A stretch of 64,000 bases of DNA from the NCBI GenBank assembly GCA_963706955.1, contig CAVPOC010000008.1:192001-256000 (forward strand), in the 5' to 3' direction. The position numbers were made by a program, and so were the translations under genes. The number at the start of each line of letters is the position of its first letter. Positions within the stretch are counted from its first letter, which is position 1. The DNA is from an uncultured Verrucomicrobiae bacterium. Its GTDB lineage: Bacteria; Verrucomicrobiota; Verrucomicrobiia; Chthoniobacterales; Terrimicrobiaceae. Positions 49,832-59,515 of this stretch are shown here, piece by piece. The notes beneath the pieces are model-generated. The model searched no databases. It was not told where the DNA came from and worked only from the letters and a program-made list of their open reading frames with translations.

Positions 49832-51589
49832 GTGCTCGAGCTCCGCAATGTCTCCCTCTCTGTAGAACAAGATGGCGAGCTAAAGCCGCTGATTGCGGAC
49901 GTCACCACCACATTCCCTCGGAGCCATTTTGCGGCGATTCTTGGGCCCTCGGGATGTGGAAAAAGCACCCTGCTTAAGGTCATCACCGGCATCGCGCACG
50001 GCACCGAGGAGGGCCAAATCTATTGGGATGGACGTGACCTCATCCAACACGATTTCTCGCCCTCGGAAATCGGTTATGTGCCTCAATTCAGCATCGCCCA
50101 CGAGGATCTCACGGTGCGAGAATGCGTCTCGTATTCGATAAAGCTGCGGGTTCGCGGCATGGGTGGAGACGCCCTTGAAGAAGCGATCGCGCGCATCCTG
50201 GAGGAGGTCAACATGACCGAGTCTGCCGACCGGCTTGTCCGCGTCCTTTCAGGTGGCCAAAAGCGCCGCCTGGCGCTGGCCATGGAACTTGCGAGCAAGC
50301 CAGCCATGCTCCTCTGCGATGAAGTGACGAGCGGGCTGGACCCCCAGTCTGAAGACGAGATCGTCAACCTGCTTCGGGGACTGTCGCGGTCCGAAGGGCG
50401 GACAGTTCTTTCTGTGACACACAGTCTGAACCATTTGGGATTCTACGACTCTGTGCTGGTCCTCTTCCGGGGCATCGTCGCCTACCACGGCCCGCCGGAA
50501 TTTCTTGCCCACTACTTTCATTGCGAAGACCCTCACGACCTCTTCAGCCAGCTTACCAAACGCGAGGCAGCCGAGTGGGCGGACTCCTGGAAAAAACATC
50601 GCCATCCTTTCGAGGAGGCCATGGCGGGACAAGTTCCGGAGAGCCTTGAAGAACTGAGCTACGAGAGTCCTCCTGACGAAGAGAAAACCGAGGTCGAAGC
50701 ACCGGCCGAGCCCGAGCGTGCGCCGCCGTTGCCCCAACCTGGCCTGGTCAGCCAATTTATCACCCTAACCGCGCGGAGATTTCTGATCTTCTGGCGCAAC
50801 AAAGCTCAATTCTATCTCCAGCTCGGTTTGATTTTCGGTTTTCCGGTCTTGGTTGCAATCTTCGCTCTGGAGGGTTTGCCGGCCGTCCAAAACTTGTCCA
50901 TGGGGATGAAGCTCAACGCGGTTCAGGAGCTCCGTGAGAACATGGATTTCCTGGTGCAAGCAAGCAAGATTGGAAGCCTTGTTTCCGGCATCGTCATGTT
51001 TCAAGTTGTTCTGCTCACGCTGATGGGAGCGAACAATTCAGGGCGCGAGATCGCTGCCGAGCGCCTGGTCTTCGAGAAGGAAAAACTCTCTGGTCTGCGG
51101 CCATCGAGCTACATTGCAAGCAAGGCGGTGTTTCTCCTGGTCCTGGTGGTGGCGCAGTCGCTCTGGATGGGACTTTTTGTTCACTTTGTTTGTGGCTTTC
51201 CCGGTGAGTTATTCGAACAACTCCTCTTCCTTTTCCTGGTAAACGCCGCCATGACTTCGGTCTGCCTGGCTATTTCCAGCATTATGGATTCGGCCGAACA
51301 GGCGTCGCTGGTATCAATTTACCTCGTCGGATTTCAACTTCCGCTTTCCGGCGCAGTGCTGGCGCTGCCCGACTGGATCGATGCGATCACCCGGCCATTC
51401 ATAGCAGCATACTGGAGTTGGTCTGGCGTCTTGCAAACACTGCGAGGTGAACGCTACTACGACATTGTGCAAACCGTCATCCAGACGGAACTTTCGCCGG
51501 CAATTCTCTGTCTCTGGGTCCTTGGATCACACATCGTGATAGGTCTCTTCGCCACCTGGCTCGGTTGCAACCGCAGCCGCTTGAACTGA
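49832..51589 (+). CDS. Fused ABC transporter ATPase/permease (ABCG/ABC-2 type)
   Basis: GPSGCGKST, GYVPQ, LSGGQKRR, CDEVTSGLD, then TM domain with REIAAER..FEKE. Confidence 0.9.
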   Translation: MLELRNVSLSVEQDGELKPLIADVTTTFPRSHFAAILGPSGCGKSTLLKVITGIAHGTEEGQIYWDGRDLIQHDFSPSEIGYVPQFSIAHEDLTVRECVSYSIKLRVRGMGGDALEEAIARILEEVNMTESADRLVRVLSGGQKRRLALAMELASKPAMLLCDEVTSGLDPQSEDEIVNLLRGLSRSEGRTVLSVTHSLNHLGFYDSVLVLFRGIVAYHGPPEFLAHYFHCEDPHDLFSQLTKREAAEWADSWKKHRHPFEEAMAGQVPESLEELSYESPPDEEKTEVEAPAEPERAPPLPQPGLVSQFITLTARRFLIFWRNKAQFYLQLGLIFGFPVLVAIFALEGLPAVQNLSMGMKLNAVQELRENMDFLVQASKIGSLVSGIVMFQVVLLTLMGANNSGREIAAERLVFEKEKLSGLRPSSYIASKAVFLLVLVVAQSLWMGLFVHFVCGFPGELFEQLLFLFLVNAAMTSVCLAISSIMDSAEQASLVSIYLVGFQLPLSGAVLALPDWIDAITRPFIAAYWSWSGVLQTLRGERYYDIVQTVIQTELSPAILCLWVLGSHIVIGLFATWLGCNRSRLN

Positions 51590-51788
51590 TTTTTTCACGT
51601 GAAAAGGCGTTGACAATACACGCCCATTGCATTTCCTTTGCCCATCATTCGATTCGGCGGGCACGTCCGGTGTCGCACTTTTCATCGAATCTAATAGTTT
51701 CCATTCTCAACTAACCCTTTGCCAGCTAGGGAGCCCCGCAAGGTCACCTTATGCCGGCATTTTGGATTTTTCATAATCAAATACCCTC

Positions 51789-52547
51789 ATGGCCGGCCAC
51801 AGCAAATGGTCGAAAGTCAAGCGTTTCAAGGGGGCCTTGGACGCCAAGCGAGGCAGGCTCTTCTCGAAACTCTCCAAGGAAATTACCGTCGCCGCCAAGC
51901 TAGGAGGAGGCCATCCTGCGAGTAATCCGCGGCTCCGCGCTGCCATTCAGGCTGCCCGGACACAAAGTATGCCTAATGACAACGTTGACCGCGCCATCAA
52001 GAGGGGGACCGGAGAGTTTGGTTCACAGCCGGTGGAGGAAATCGTCTACGAGGGCTATGCTCCAGGAGGCGTGGCTTTGGTCGTCGAAGCGGCCACAGAC
52101 AACAAGAACCGAACCGCGGCGGACATTCGCTCCATCTTCGCCAAAAATCACGGCAACCTTGCCGGGCCGGGGAGCGTATTGTTTTTGTTCCATCGCAAAG
52201 GGCAGATAACCATTCCCCTCTCCCTAACCGGTGAGAATCATTTGTTCGAAATCGCCGCGGAAGCAGGCGCAGACGACCTCACGACCGACGATGAACATCA
52301 CATTATTACGACTCCGCCCGACCAACTCTACGCCGTTTCGGAAGCCTTGAAAAAGGCTTCTATCGAACCCGATTCCCAGAGACTCACCTATGTTGCCGAA
52401 TCTTCCGTAGCCATCGAGGATCCGAAAACCGCCGTCCAGGTTCTGCGACTCTGCGACGCTCTCGACGACTGCGACGATGTCCTTAGCGTTCACACGAACT
52501 TCGATATCCCAGAGGGCATCCTCGCTGAGGTCCAGGAAGAACTTTAA
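51789..52547 (+). CDS. yebC: YebC/PmpR family protein
   Basis: MAGHSKW, NPRLR, YEGYAPGGVA, TDNKNRT. Confidence 0.95.
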   Translation: MAGHSKWSKVKRFKGALDAKRGRLFSKLSKEITVAAKLGGGHPASNPRLRAAIQAARTQSMPNDNVDRAIKRGTGEFGSQPVEEIVYEGYAPGGVALVVEAATDNKNRTAADIRSIFAKNHGNLAGPGSVLFLFHRKGQITIPLSLTGENHLFEIAAEAGADDLTTDDEHHIITTPPDQLYAVSEALKKASIEPDSQRLTYVAESSVAIEDPKTAVQVLRLCDALDDCDDVLSVHTNFDIPEGILAEVQEEL

Positions 52548-52552
52548 TTACC

Positions 52553-53926
52553 ATGACTGAAGAAAATACGAATCTCGAAGCGGTCGGAACTCAGCCGACC
52601 CCTAAGCGCCTCTCCCGCAAAAGCGCTCCTCCGCGCACGAGGCAGAAACGGTCTTCGCGAAAACCAAAAGTCTCCGAGAATGGTACCACCCCTCCGACTG
52701 AGGAAGTCGCTGCACCGGTGGATGCGCCGCCGACTGTGCAAATGTCTGAGCCGGTTGCGAGTGATCCTCCATCGGTTGAAACGGCTCCACCGGCTGTTGT
52801 TCCACTGCAGCCGCCGCCGGCTCCGCCGACTTATGCCGAAGGCGTCGTTGAGGTCTCCGGCAAGGGGTTTGGCTTCCTCCGCGAGCCTCGGCGAAACTTC
52901 TCGCAGTCCAACAACGATGTTTTCGTCACTCCCGAGGTGGTGCGCAAGCACGCCCTGCGCGATGGCATGTGGATCAAAGGTGAGACCAGGCGTGGCAGTC
53001 GCGGGCCACAACTCTTCAAGTTGGTCGAGATCGAGGGGCGCGATCCTGAGCGCTTTCAGAATCTACCCGTCTTCGAAGAGCTGACTACCATTAGTCCCAA
53101 CAAGAGAATTCGTCTTGAGACGACGACCGACCGCTATACGACGCGGGTGATGGATCTCATGACTCCCATTGGCAAGGGGCAACGCGGCTTGATTGTCGCT
53201 CCGCCGCGAACCGGTAAGACAACTCTTCTCCAGCACATCGCCGACGCGGTGGTCAAAAACCACCCGGAGATGAAGCTGATCATCCTGCTGGTGGATGAGA
53301 GGCCCGAGGAGGTCACCGAAATTCGCCGCTCGGTGCCGAGCGCGGAGCTGATGGCCAGTTCCAACGATTCCGATATCAAGACGCACACTCGCATCGCTCA
53401 ACTCGCTGCCGAACGGGCCAAGCGGCTGGTGGAAATGGGGCAGGACGTCTTCATGTTGATGGACTCGCTTACCCGGATTGGTCGCGCCTTCAATAATGCT
53501 CAGGGCGGCGGCGGCCGCACCATGTCTGGGGGCGTGGACTCGCGCGCCCTCGAGATCCCGCGCAAGATCTTCGCCGCCGCTCGAAATACCGAAGAGGCCG
53601 GCTCGTTAACAATCATGGCCACCGCCTTGATCGAGACCAACAGTAGGATGGACGAGTTGATCTTTCAGGAGTTCAAGGGGACGGGGAACATGGAGCTCGT
53701 TCTCGACCGAAAAATCAGTGATCAGCGCATTTACCCGGCCGTTGACATCTTCCTGTCAGGAACGCGACGCGAGGAGCTCCTGCTCTCGGCAGAGGATCTT
53801 CACAAAATAAGCGTCATTCGGCGCGGTCTGGCCGGCCACAAGCCCATCGAAGCGATCGAGCGATTACTGTTCTTCATACGTAAGTATCCGACCAACGTGG
53901 AGCTGATCAGGAACATTCCCGGTTGA
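52553..53926 (+). CDS. rho: Transcription termination factor Rho
   Basis: GFGFLR, PIGKGQRGLIVAPPRTGKT, DERPEEVT, FQEFKGTGNMEL, SGTRREELL. Confidence 0.97.
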   Translation: MTEENTNLEAVGTQPTPKRLSRKSAPPRTRQKRSSRKPKVSENGTTPPTEEVAAPVDAPPTVQMSEPVASDPPSVETAPPAVVPLQPPPAPPTYAEGVVEVSGKGFGFLREPRRNFSQSNNDVFVTPEVVRKHALRDGMWIKGETRRGSRGPQLFKLVEIEGRDPERFQNLPVFEELTTISPNKRIRLETTTDRYTTRVMDLMTPIGKGQRGLIVAPPRTGKTTLLQHIADAVVKNHPEMKLIILLVDERPEEVTEIRRSVPSAELMASSNDSDIKTHTRIAQLAAERAKRLVEMGQDVFMLMDSLTRIGRAFNNAQGGGGRTMSGGVDSRALEIPRKIFAAARNTEEAGSLTIMATALIETNSRMDELIFQEFKGTGNMELVLDRKISDQRIYPAVDIFLSGTRREELLLSAEDLHKISVIRRGLAGHKPIEAIERLLFFIRKYPTNVELIRNIPG

Positions 53927-53958
53927 AATCACTAAGCTGTCGGTCATTGCGATTGGTT

Positions 53959-54020
53959 CTGTAACGGCCGTGTCCTCACGGCCGAGGGCTCTTCCAGCGG
54001 TGGGGGCACCGCCGCCTACA
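53959..54020. repeat. REPIN-like doublet (more diverged)
   Basis: CTGTAA-CGGCCGTG-TCCT-CACGGCCG ... CAGCGGTG-GGGG-CACCGCCG-CCTACA. Between convergent rho and trpD. Confidence 0.7.
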
Positions 54021-54022
54021 AG

Positions 54023-55027
54023 TCAGCCGGCCTTGCGAAGACGTTGCAACACATCGTGAGCCGAACCGTCGTCGAGGGCGCTAGCCGCCATTGTCATTGC
54101 CGCTGGTAAATCGGGCGCACGTCGGGAAACGACCAAGGAACACGCGGCATTGAGAACGACCATGTCGCGGCGCGGGCCGACATCTTTTCCTAGCAGAATG
54201 GCTTCCAGGGATTCTGCGTTTTCCTGGGCGTGGCCTCCCCGTAAATCCTCGATCCTGGCGGGAGCAACGTCGAGGTCCTCAGGTCGGATGACAAAGTGCC
54301 GAATGGCTCCGTCTTCCAGCGCATGAATCTCCGAGGGGCCGAGGGTGGAGACCTCGTCAAGGCCGCCCGAGCCATGCACCGCCCAACCACACTGGCGGCC
54401 CAGCAACTTGAAAGCCTCGGCATAGAGTGGCAGCAATTTGCCGTCAAAGACACCGGCTAATTGAAACTCCGGTCGTGCAGGATTCAGCAGCGGTCCGAGC
54501 AGGTTGAAGATCGTCGCGCTACCCTCCTCGGCCAGGACCTTGCGCACGGGCGCGACCGTCTTGAAAGCGGGATGGAAAAGCGGCGCAAAGAGAAAGCAAC
54601 AACCCGCCGCCGCCAAGGCGGTTTCCGGAGGCAAGTCGATGCGAACTCCCAATGCCTCCAGCACGTCCGCGCCACCGCATTTCGAAGTTATCCCGCGATT
54701 TCCATGTTTGACGACACGGGCGCCACACGCCGCGGCTACGAACATTACCGCGGTAGAAACGTTGAAAACCCCCGCCCTGTCTCCGCCCGTTCCGCAGACG
54801 TCCAGCAGGCCAGGACCGAGCAGGGTTCGACGACTGCGATTCAGCAGCACATCAACGAAGCCGACCACTTCCGACGCCGTTTCCCCCTTGGCGTGGAGAG
54901 CACGGAGAAAATCGGCGCGTTCGGAAAGCTCAACACTTTCGTCAAAGAGCGACTCACATGCCGTGACCACGTCAGCGCTCGTGAGCTCGTGCCCGAGACG
55001 AAGTTTTTCCGTAAGCGTCACCAACAT
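54023..55027 (-). CDS. trpD: Anthranilate phosphoribosyltransferase
   Basis: KGET, DVCGTGGD, FNVST, KHGNR, FNLLGPL.NP, GLDE. Confidence 0.95.
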   Translation of the reverse strand: MLVTLTEKLRLGHELTSADVVTACESLFDESVELSERADFLRALHAKGETASEVVGFVDVLLNRSRRTLLGPGLLDVCGTGGDRAGVFNVSTAVMFVAAACGARVVKHGNRGITSKCGGADVLEALGVRIDLPPETALAAAGCCFLFAPLFHPAFKTVAPVRKVLAEEGSATIFNLLGPLLNPARPEFQLAGVFDGKLLPLYAEAFKLLGRQCGWAVHGSGGLDEVSTLGPSEIHALEDGAIRHFVIRPEDLDVAPARIEDLRGGHAQENAESLEAILLGKDVGPRRDMVVLNAACSLVVSRRAPDLPAAMTMAASALDDGSAHDVLQRLRKAG

Positions 55028-55092
55028 AGTTCAAGAGAGGATGCAAACCATTGCCGCAAAGCGCAAGAGCTTGGAGCAGATGACCGCGCGAG

Positions 55093-55755
55093 TCACGTGC
55101 GCGCGAGAAACTCGAGGAACTCTTCCGCGCTCCATTGCCCGGGAATCTGCGACTTGTCGAGCCAGCCATAGTTCAAAACCGAGCCCGCCTTGGCAAAGAG
55201 CAACCGCGATGCGCGTCCAAAAGCGCCCATTCCCATGACGGCCAGCGGACTCGAGGAACGCTCGAGGAGAGTCAGCAGCCGGGAAACCTCACTGACGCTT
55301 TCCGTCTTCGTCGCAATCTTCAAAATGTTCGCACCGAGATCGCTCATCTTTGCACATGCGTCTTCAAGATCGCCAAGAGAAGGAGTCCTTTGAAAATCGT
55401 GGAATGAAAGTATTAGCGTCTTTGCGTTCTGCAAGACGGCCTCACGAAGATCAGACATGCTTTCCGCTGATCGCAGCTCCAAGTCGATTGCCGCTGCCCC
55501 GGGCAAGAGCGCCAGATAGCTCTCGCGCCGATCGTCGTCACTCATCGACCGAAGGCCGCCCTCCTCCGCGCATCGCACGGTGACGATCGCGGCCACCGGC
55601 AACTCCGCGATTTGTCGCGGCTCCGGCGGCACAGAAAGCGCGTCGACGCGGATCTCAACGGCATTCAGGCCAGGAATTCCAGCCTGCAAAAATCCGTCGG
55701 CAGTGTGGATGACGCCGACTACGTTCGGTCGGCCGGGATCGATGCTTTTTTCCAT
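55093..55755 (-). CDS. aroD: Type I 3-dehydroquinate dehydratase
   Basis: EIRVD, TVR..EEGG, IDLEL, SFHDFQRTP, LKIA, MGMG..G..SR, PGQ. Confidence 0.88.
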   Translation of the reverse strand: MEKSIDPGRPNVVGVIHTADGFLQAGIPGLNAVEIRVDALSVPPEPRQIAELPVAAIVTVRCAEEGGLRSMSDDDRRESYLALLPGAAAIDLELRSAESMSDLREAVLQNAKTLILSFHDFQRTPSLGDLEDACAKMSDLGANILKIATKTESVSEVSRLLTLLERSSSPLAVMGMGAFGRASRLLFAKAGSVLNYGWLDKSQIPGQWSAEEFLEFLART

Positions 55756-56135
55756 TTGACGCCTCCTGTCGATGCGAGGATAGAACTTCGGTCTTCCGCA
55801 AAAGGCGAGAAGTCCGTTCATGATTGCACAAAGACAGGAAAGCAGCGCTCAGTTCAATGCACTGACTAATGCCGCCCTCCTTGCCTTTTGTCGCGGAAAT
55901 CGCCGTGCAGTCGACGGTCTCTCCAGCAACCGTCTCCTCAGGGTTGAAGACCAGCGATGGGGACATCGTCGCCACAGCTGGCAACCGCGCGTTACGCTCG
56001 GCGGTCGCGCCTGCCAGCCATTGGGTGGTCATCGCGCAAGGCGTAACGCTCTCCGCCTGCCTTTTTCAGGAATCTCTCTCGAGGAACGCTCTAGTTGTTT
56101 ACTCAGACAAGCACTTCATTTAAAATTAGCCGGAC

Positions 56136-56768
56136 ATGCGTTCGCTTAAGCTTCCCTTCCAGATCCTAGCGCCAGCGATTTTCGCGATCAGCACGATCTC
56201 CGCATTTGGGCAGGCGCCAAACACCGAGTTCCGAGTCCTTACCATTCAACCACAGTTCCTGGAATCGCCGGCCTATGGCGGTGTCCGCTACGACAAGCGC
56301 GGCTCAAGGGCCAAGGAGTGGCTCGAAGTTGAAGTAACCTTCGAATGGCAACCGCGTCTAAGGGATCCCAAATACGCGGACGAGTTAACGTTCAACTATT
56401 ATATCTTGCTGAAGAACAAGTCTGCGCTCTATCCCCAGGGAACGCTACTGGTCGGTTCAGTCACGCATACCAGCATCCCTCAGGAACGCGACATGCATTC
56501 GGTCGTTTACATAAGCCCGCGAACCTTAGAACGGTTTTTCGACGGAAGGGTTCCCGGCAATGTCGATCAGGCGCTCGTTGACATCGGAGTGACCGTCACC
56601 AGGCAAGGACAGGAAGTTGCCGCGACCAGCTGGAAGAGCCGCTCCGGGAGCTGGTGGCCGCAATTTCCGCAGACCCCTGGTTTCGTTCTCAATAAGAACG
56701 AAACCCCGTTCGCACCGCTCGCGTGGGACTACTACGAAGCGATCAAGCCGCGCGCCTCCACCCAGTGA
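56136..56768 (+). CDS. Secreted Amuc_1102-like pilus-associated protein
   Basis: Signal peptide; KEWLEVEVTF, ELTFNYYILL, VYISP, LNKNETPFAPLAWDYYE. First gene of the pilM-secretin cluster. Confidence 0.7.
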   Translation: MRSLKLPFQILAPAIFAISTISAFGQAPNTEFRVLTIQPQFLESPAYGGVRYDKRGSRAKEWLEVEVTFEWQPRLRDPKYADELTFNYYILLKNKSALYPQGTLLVGSVTHTSIPQERDMHSVVYISPRTLERFFDGRVPGNVDQALVDIGVTVTRQGQEVAATSWKSRSGSWWPQFPQTPGFVLNKNETPFAPLAWDYYEAIKPRASTQ

Positions 56769-56797
56769 GGCAGAGTTCCCATTCTTGAGCCTGGGCG

Positions 56798-58579
56798 ATG
56801 GCCGCACCGTCACGAATTATTACGCTCAACCTCGGCATGCAAACGGTGACGCTTGCCGAGTTTCGCGCGAGCTCGCGCGGTGCGCTTACATTGCTCGCCT
56901 TCGCTCAAGAAGAGCTGATCGCCGATCCGGCGGCAGATGCCACTCGACCTGCGCAAATCGAGGCGGCCGTGAGTGTATTGCGCAAGGCGTTGCGAGTGGG
57001 GTCCAAGGAACGGGTTACCTTCAGCCTCCCCTCGCAGTCGGTCTTTACGCGGTTCGTGAAACTACCCGGTTCTTCCCCAGAAGAGGTGGACTCGATCATC
57101 GGTTTCGAGGCACAGCAAAACGTCCCTTTCCCGATCGATGAAGTTGTCTGGGATTATCAGATCATGGGCGAGGCCAAGGACAATCAATGGGACGTCGTTC
57201 TGGTAGCCATCAAGGCGGATCAGCTTGACGAAATAAATGCCTCCGTCAACAGGGGGGGCCTGAGAGCTCTGACCATTGATGTTGCTCCGATGGCGCTCTC
57301 CAACGCCTTTCGCTACAACTACAGCGAGCTCACCGGATGCTCGCTTCTCATCGACATCGGCGCTCGAACCACAAATCTTATCTTCATCGAGAACAAGCGT
57401 GTCTTCAGCCGCAGCATTCCCGTGGGTGGCAGCACCATTAGCGCCGCCATTGCGAAAGAACTCAAGCAGGACATAACGCTCGGCGAAAAGCTAAAGATCG
57501 AAAAAGGTCTCGTCGGTTTGGGCGGAAACTATGCGGAGCCCGATGATCCGGGCGAAGCCAAAATCTCCAAGATCATCCGGAATACGATGACTCGGCTTCA
57601 CGCTGAAATCGCCCGTTCAATTTCCTTCTATCGACAAAACCAATCCGGCGGTCCTCCGGCCCGCGCGTTTTTGTGCGGTGGCACGGTTACCCTTCCGTAT
57701 ATGGTCGAGTTCTTCAGCGAGAAGCTGCAAATACCGATCGAGCATTTCAATTCATTGCGCAACGTCACCGTAGCCAGTGAGCAGATGGCTTCCCAAGTCG
57801 CGGGACGTGCACATATGCTCGGCGAGGTCGTGGGCTGCGCACTGCGCTTTGTGGGGAACACGCCCATCGAAATCAACGTCCGCCCGCATAGCTTGGTCCG
57901 AGAGCAGGATCTTTCCCGGCGCAGACCGCTTCTGGTCATGGCAGCGATCTGCGCGCTCTTGGCTCCAGCCGGCTGGTGGCTCTACTTTAGCCACGGAACC
58001 ACCGTTACCGAGCAACGGCTTGAAAGCATCACCGTCGAAGTCAACAAGCTGGAAGCGATTGCCAGGCGCTTCGATGCGTTGCAGGGCGAAACCAAACGCC
58101 TCCAGGAGGCCGCCGCACCACTAATTCTCGCCGCCAACGAGCGTTCCGCCTGGGCGGAAATCCTGGAAGAACTCGGTTCAAGGCTGCCGCCGCGCTTCAT
58201 TTGGGTCACCGATCTAAAGCCCTTGTCTGAGGGAAGGCCCTATCCATCCACGGCGAGCACACCATCGCGGACGCCTGTGACCCAGCAGGGCCCGCCGCCC
58301 GGCTCACCGCAGCGATCCGGTCAGACCACCGCCGGGCCCGCGCGCCCGGCGATCGATGCCTTGGAAATCAGCGGCCTTTATCTCGCAAATCCCCCGAACG
58401 AGAAGGAAGCGCGTGTCATTGACGAGTTTGTCGACCAGCTCCAGAAATCCGAAGTCTTCAAGATTGAAGAAAAGGACAAAGCCAAAGCGGTGATCCAGCG
58501 CACGACACCCGATGGCCAGAGCTGGGCGTATGGCTACACCATCGTCCTTCCGCTGCGCAACCCGATCACACTCCCGTGA
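56798..58579 (+). CDS. pilM: Type IV pilus assembly PilM with fused PilN-like C-terminus (Amuc_1101-like)
   Basis: FTRFVKLP, FEAQQNVPFPIDEVVWDY, LIDIGARTT, EIARSISFY, LCGG, then a TM helix and coiled-coil periplasmic part. Confidence 0.85.
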   Translation: MAAPSRIITLNLGMQTVTLAEFRASSRGALTLLAFAQEELIADPAADATRPAQIEAAVSVLRKALRVGSKERVTFSLPSQSVFTRFVKLPGSSPEEVDSIIGFEAQQNVPFPIDEVVWDYQIMGEAKDNQWDVVLVAIKADQLDEINASVNRGGLRALTIDVAPMALSNAFRYNYSELTGCSLLIDIGARTTNLIFIENKRVFSRSIPVGGSTISAAIAKELKQDITLGEKLKIEKGLVGLGGNYAEPDDPGEAKISKIIRNTMTRLHAEIARSISFYRQNQSGGPPARAFLCGGTVTLPYMVEFFSEKLQIPIEHFNSLRNVTVASEQMASQVAGRAHMLGEVVGCALRFVGNTPIEINVRPHSLVREQDLSRRRPLLVMAAICALLAPAGWWLYFSHGTTVTEQRLESITVEVNKLEAIARRFDALQGETKRLQEAAAPLILAANERSAWAEILEELGSRLPPRFIWVTDLKPLSEGRPYPSTASTPSRTPVTQQGPPPGSPQRSGQTTAGPARPAIDALEISGLYLANPPNEKEARVIDEFVDQLQKSEVFKIEEKDKAKAVIQRTTPDGQSWAYGYTIVLPLRNPITLP

Positions 58580-59508
58580 ATTGGATTCGAGAAAATTCCT
58601 TCCTTGCGACGCTCACAGCAGTGACCCTCCTTGGCTGTGGAGCTTTAATTTTCCTAATGGTCCAGGCGATGGCGCGATTCGAGGAGACCTCGGAGGTTTA
58701 TGCCCAGGCGGTCCGCAAGCTTCACGCTCTTCAGAATCGCTCGCCGTTTCCAAGTGTCGAGAATCTGGAAAAGAGCCAGCTGCTCAAGGGGCAATACGCG
58801 GAAGAACTGGGGACCCTGCGCGCGCAGCTCGAAAGTATGCAGATGCCCGCTGCTCCGGACATCCAGCCGCAAAGATTTCAGGACGACCTCCGTGCGGCGG
58901 TCAACCTGATCACAGAAAAGGCGGCCGCGGCCGGGGTGGAACTACCCAAAGGCTTTTACCTGGGTTTCAGTCAGTACGCGAATAGCCTTCCGAATGAACG
59001 CGCTGCGCCCGCCTTGGCGCGACAACTCAGCATCATCAACAAGATCGTCACCGATCTCATCGATTTTCGGGTTCGCTCCATCGACAGCCTGGATCGGCTT
59101 CCCTTGCCCGAGGAGTCTGCGACACCGCCGGTTCCCCCGCCAGAACGCGCCGGTCAGCGCGGCAAAGAGGAAGACGCAAGTCCCGTCGGGATCATTCGCC
59201 AACCCTTCGATCTGAGCTTTACCGCGGAACAAGGCAAATTGCGCGTGGCGTTCAATTCATTACTTGGTTCTGACCAGTTTCTTCTCCTTCGCTATCTCAA
59301 TCTCGAGAATACCACTCGCGTGGGACCGCCAATCTCACGAACGGTGGCATCGGGCTCGGGATCGCGCCCCGAGCAAGTCCCGGCTGCCCGGCCCACGAAT
59401 GCCGCTCCCGCCAATAGCTTGAACGTGATTTTGGGTCGCGAATTGGTCAAGGCGTCGATGCGTATTGAAATCATCGACTTTCCACGACCTCAAGAACCCA
59501 AAACATGA
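58576..59508 (+). CDS. Amuc_1100-like pilus-associated protein
   Basis: MNWIRENSFL plus TM helix and coiled coil; FYLGFSQY, ILGRE; syntenic position. Confidence 0.75.
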   Translation: MNWIRENSFLATLTAVTLLGCGALIFLMVQAMARFEETSEVYAQAVRKLHALQNRSPFPSVENLEKSQLLKGQYAEELGTLRAQLESMQMPAAPDIQPQRFQDDLRAAVNLITEKAAAAGVELPKGFYLGFSQYANSLPNERAAPALARQLSIINKIVTDLIDFRVRSIDSLDRLPLPEESATPPVPPPERAGQRGKEEDASPVGIIRQPFDLSFTAEQGKLRVAFNSLLGSDQFLLLRYLNLENTTRVGPPISRTVASGSGSRPEQVPAARPTNAAPANSLNVILGRELVKASMRIEIIDFPRPQEPKT

Positions 59509-59515
59509 TTTGGTG

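Noticed and set aside
3136..54020. Dispersed 26-nt palindromic repeats as a CRISPR array
   Set aside because: Not tandem with regular spacers, and no cas genes; the architecture is REP-like.
55820..56149. Short ORFs between aroD and the pilus cluster
   Set aside because: No motifs; probably the divergent promoter region.
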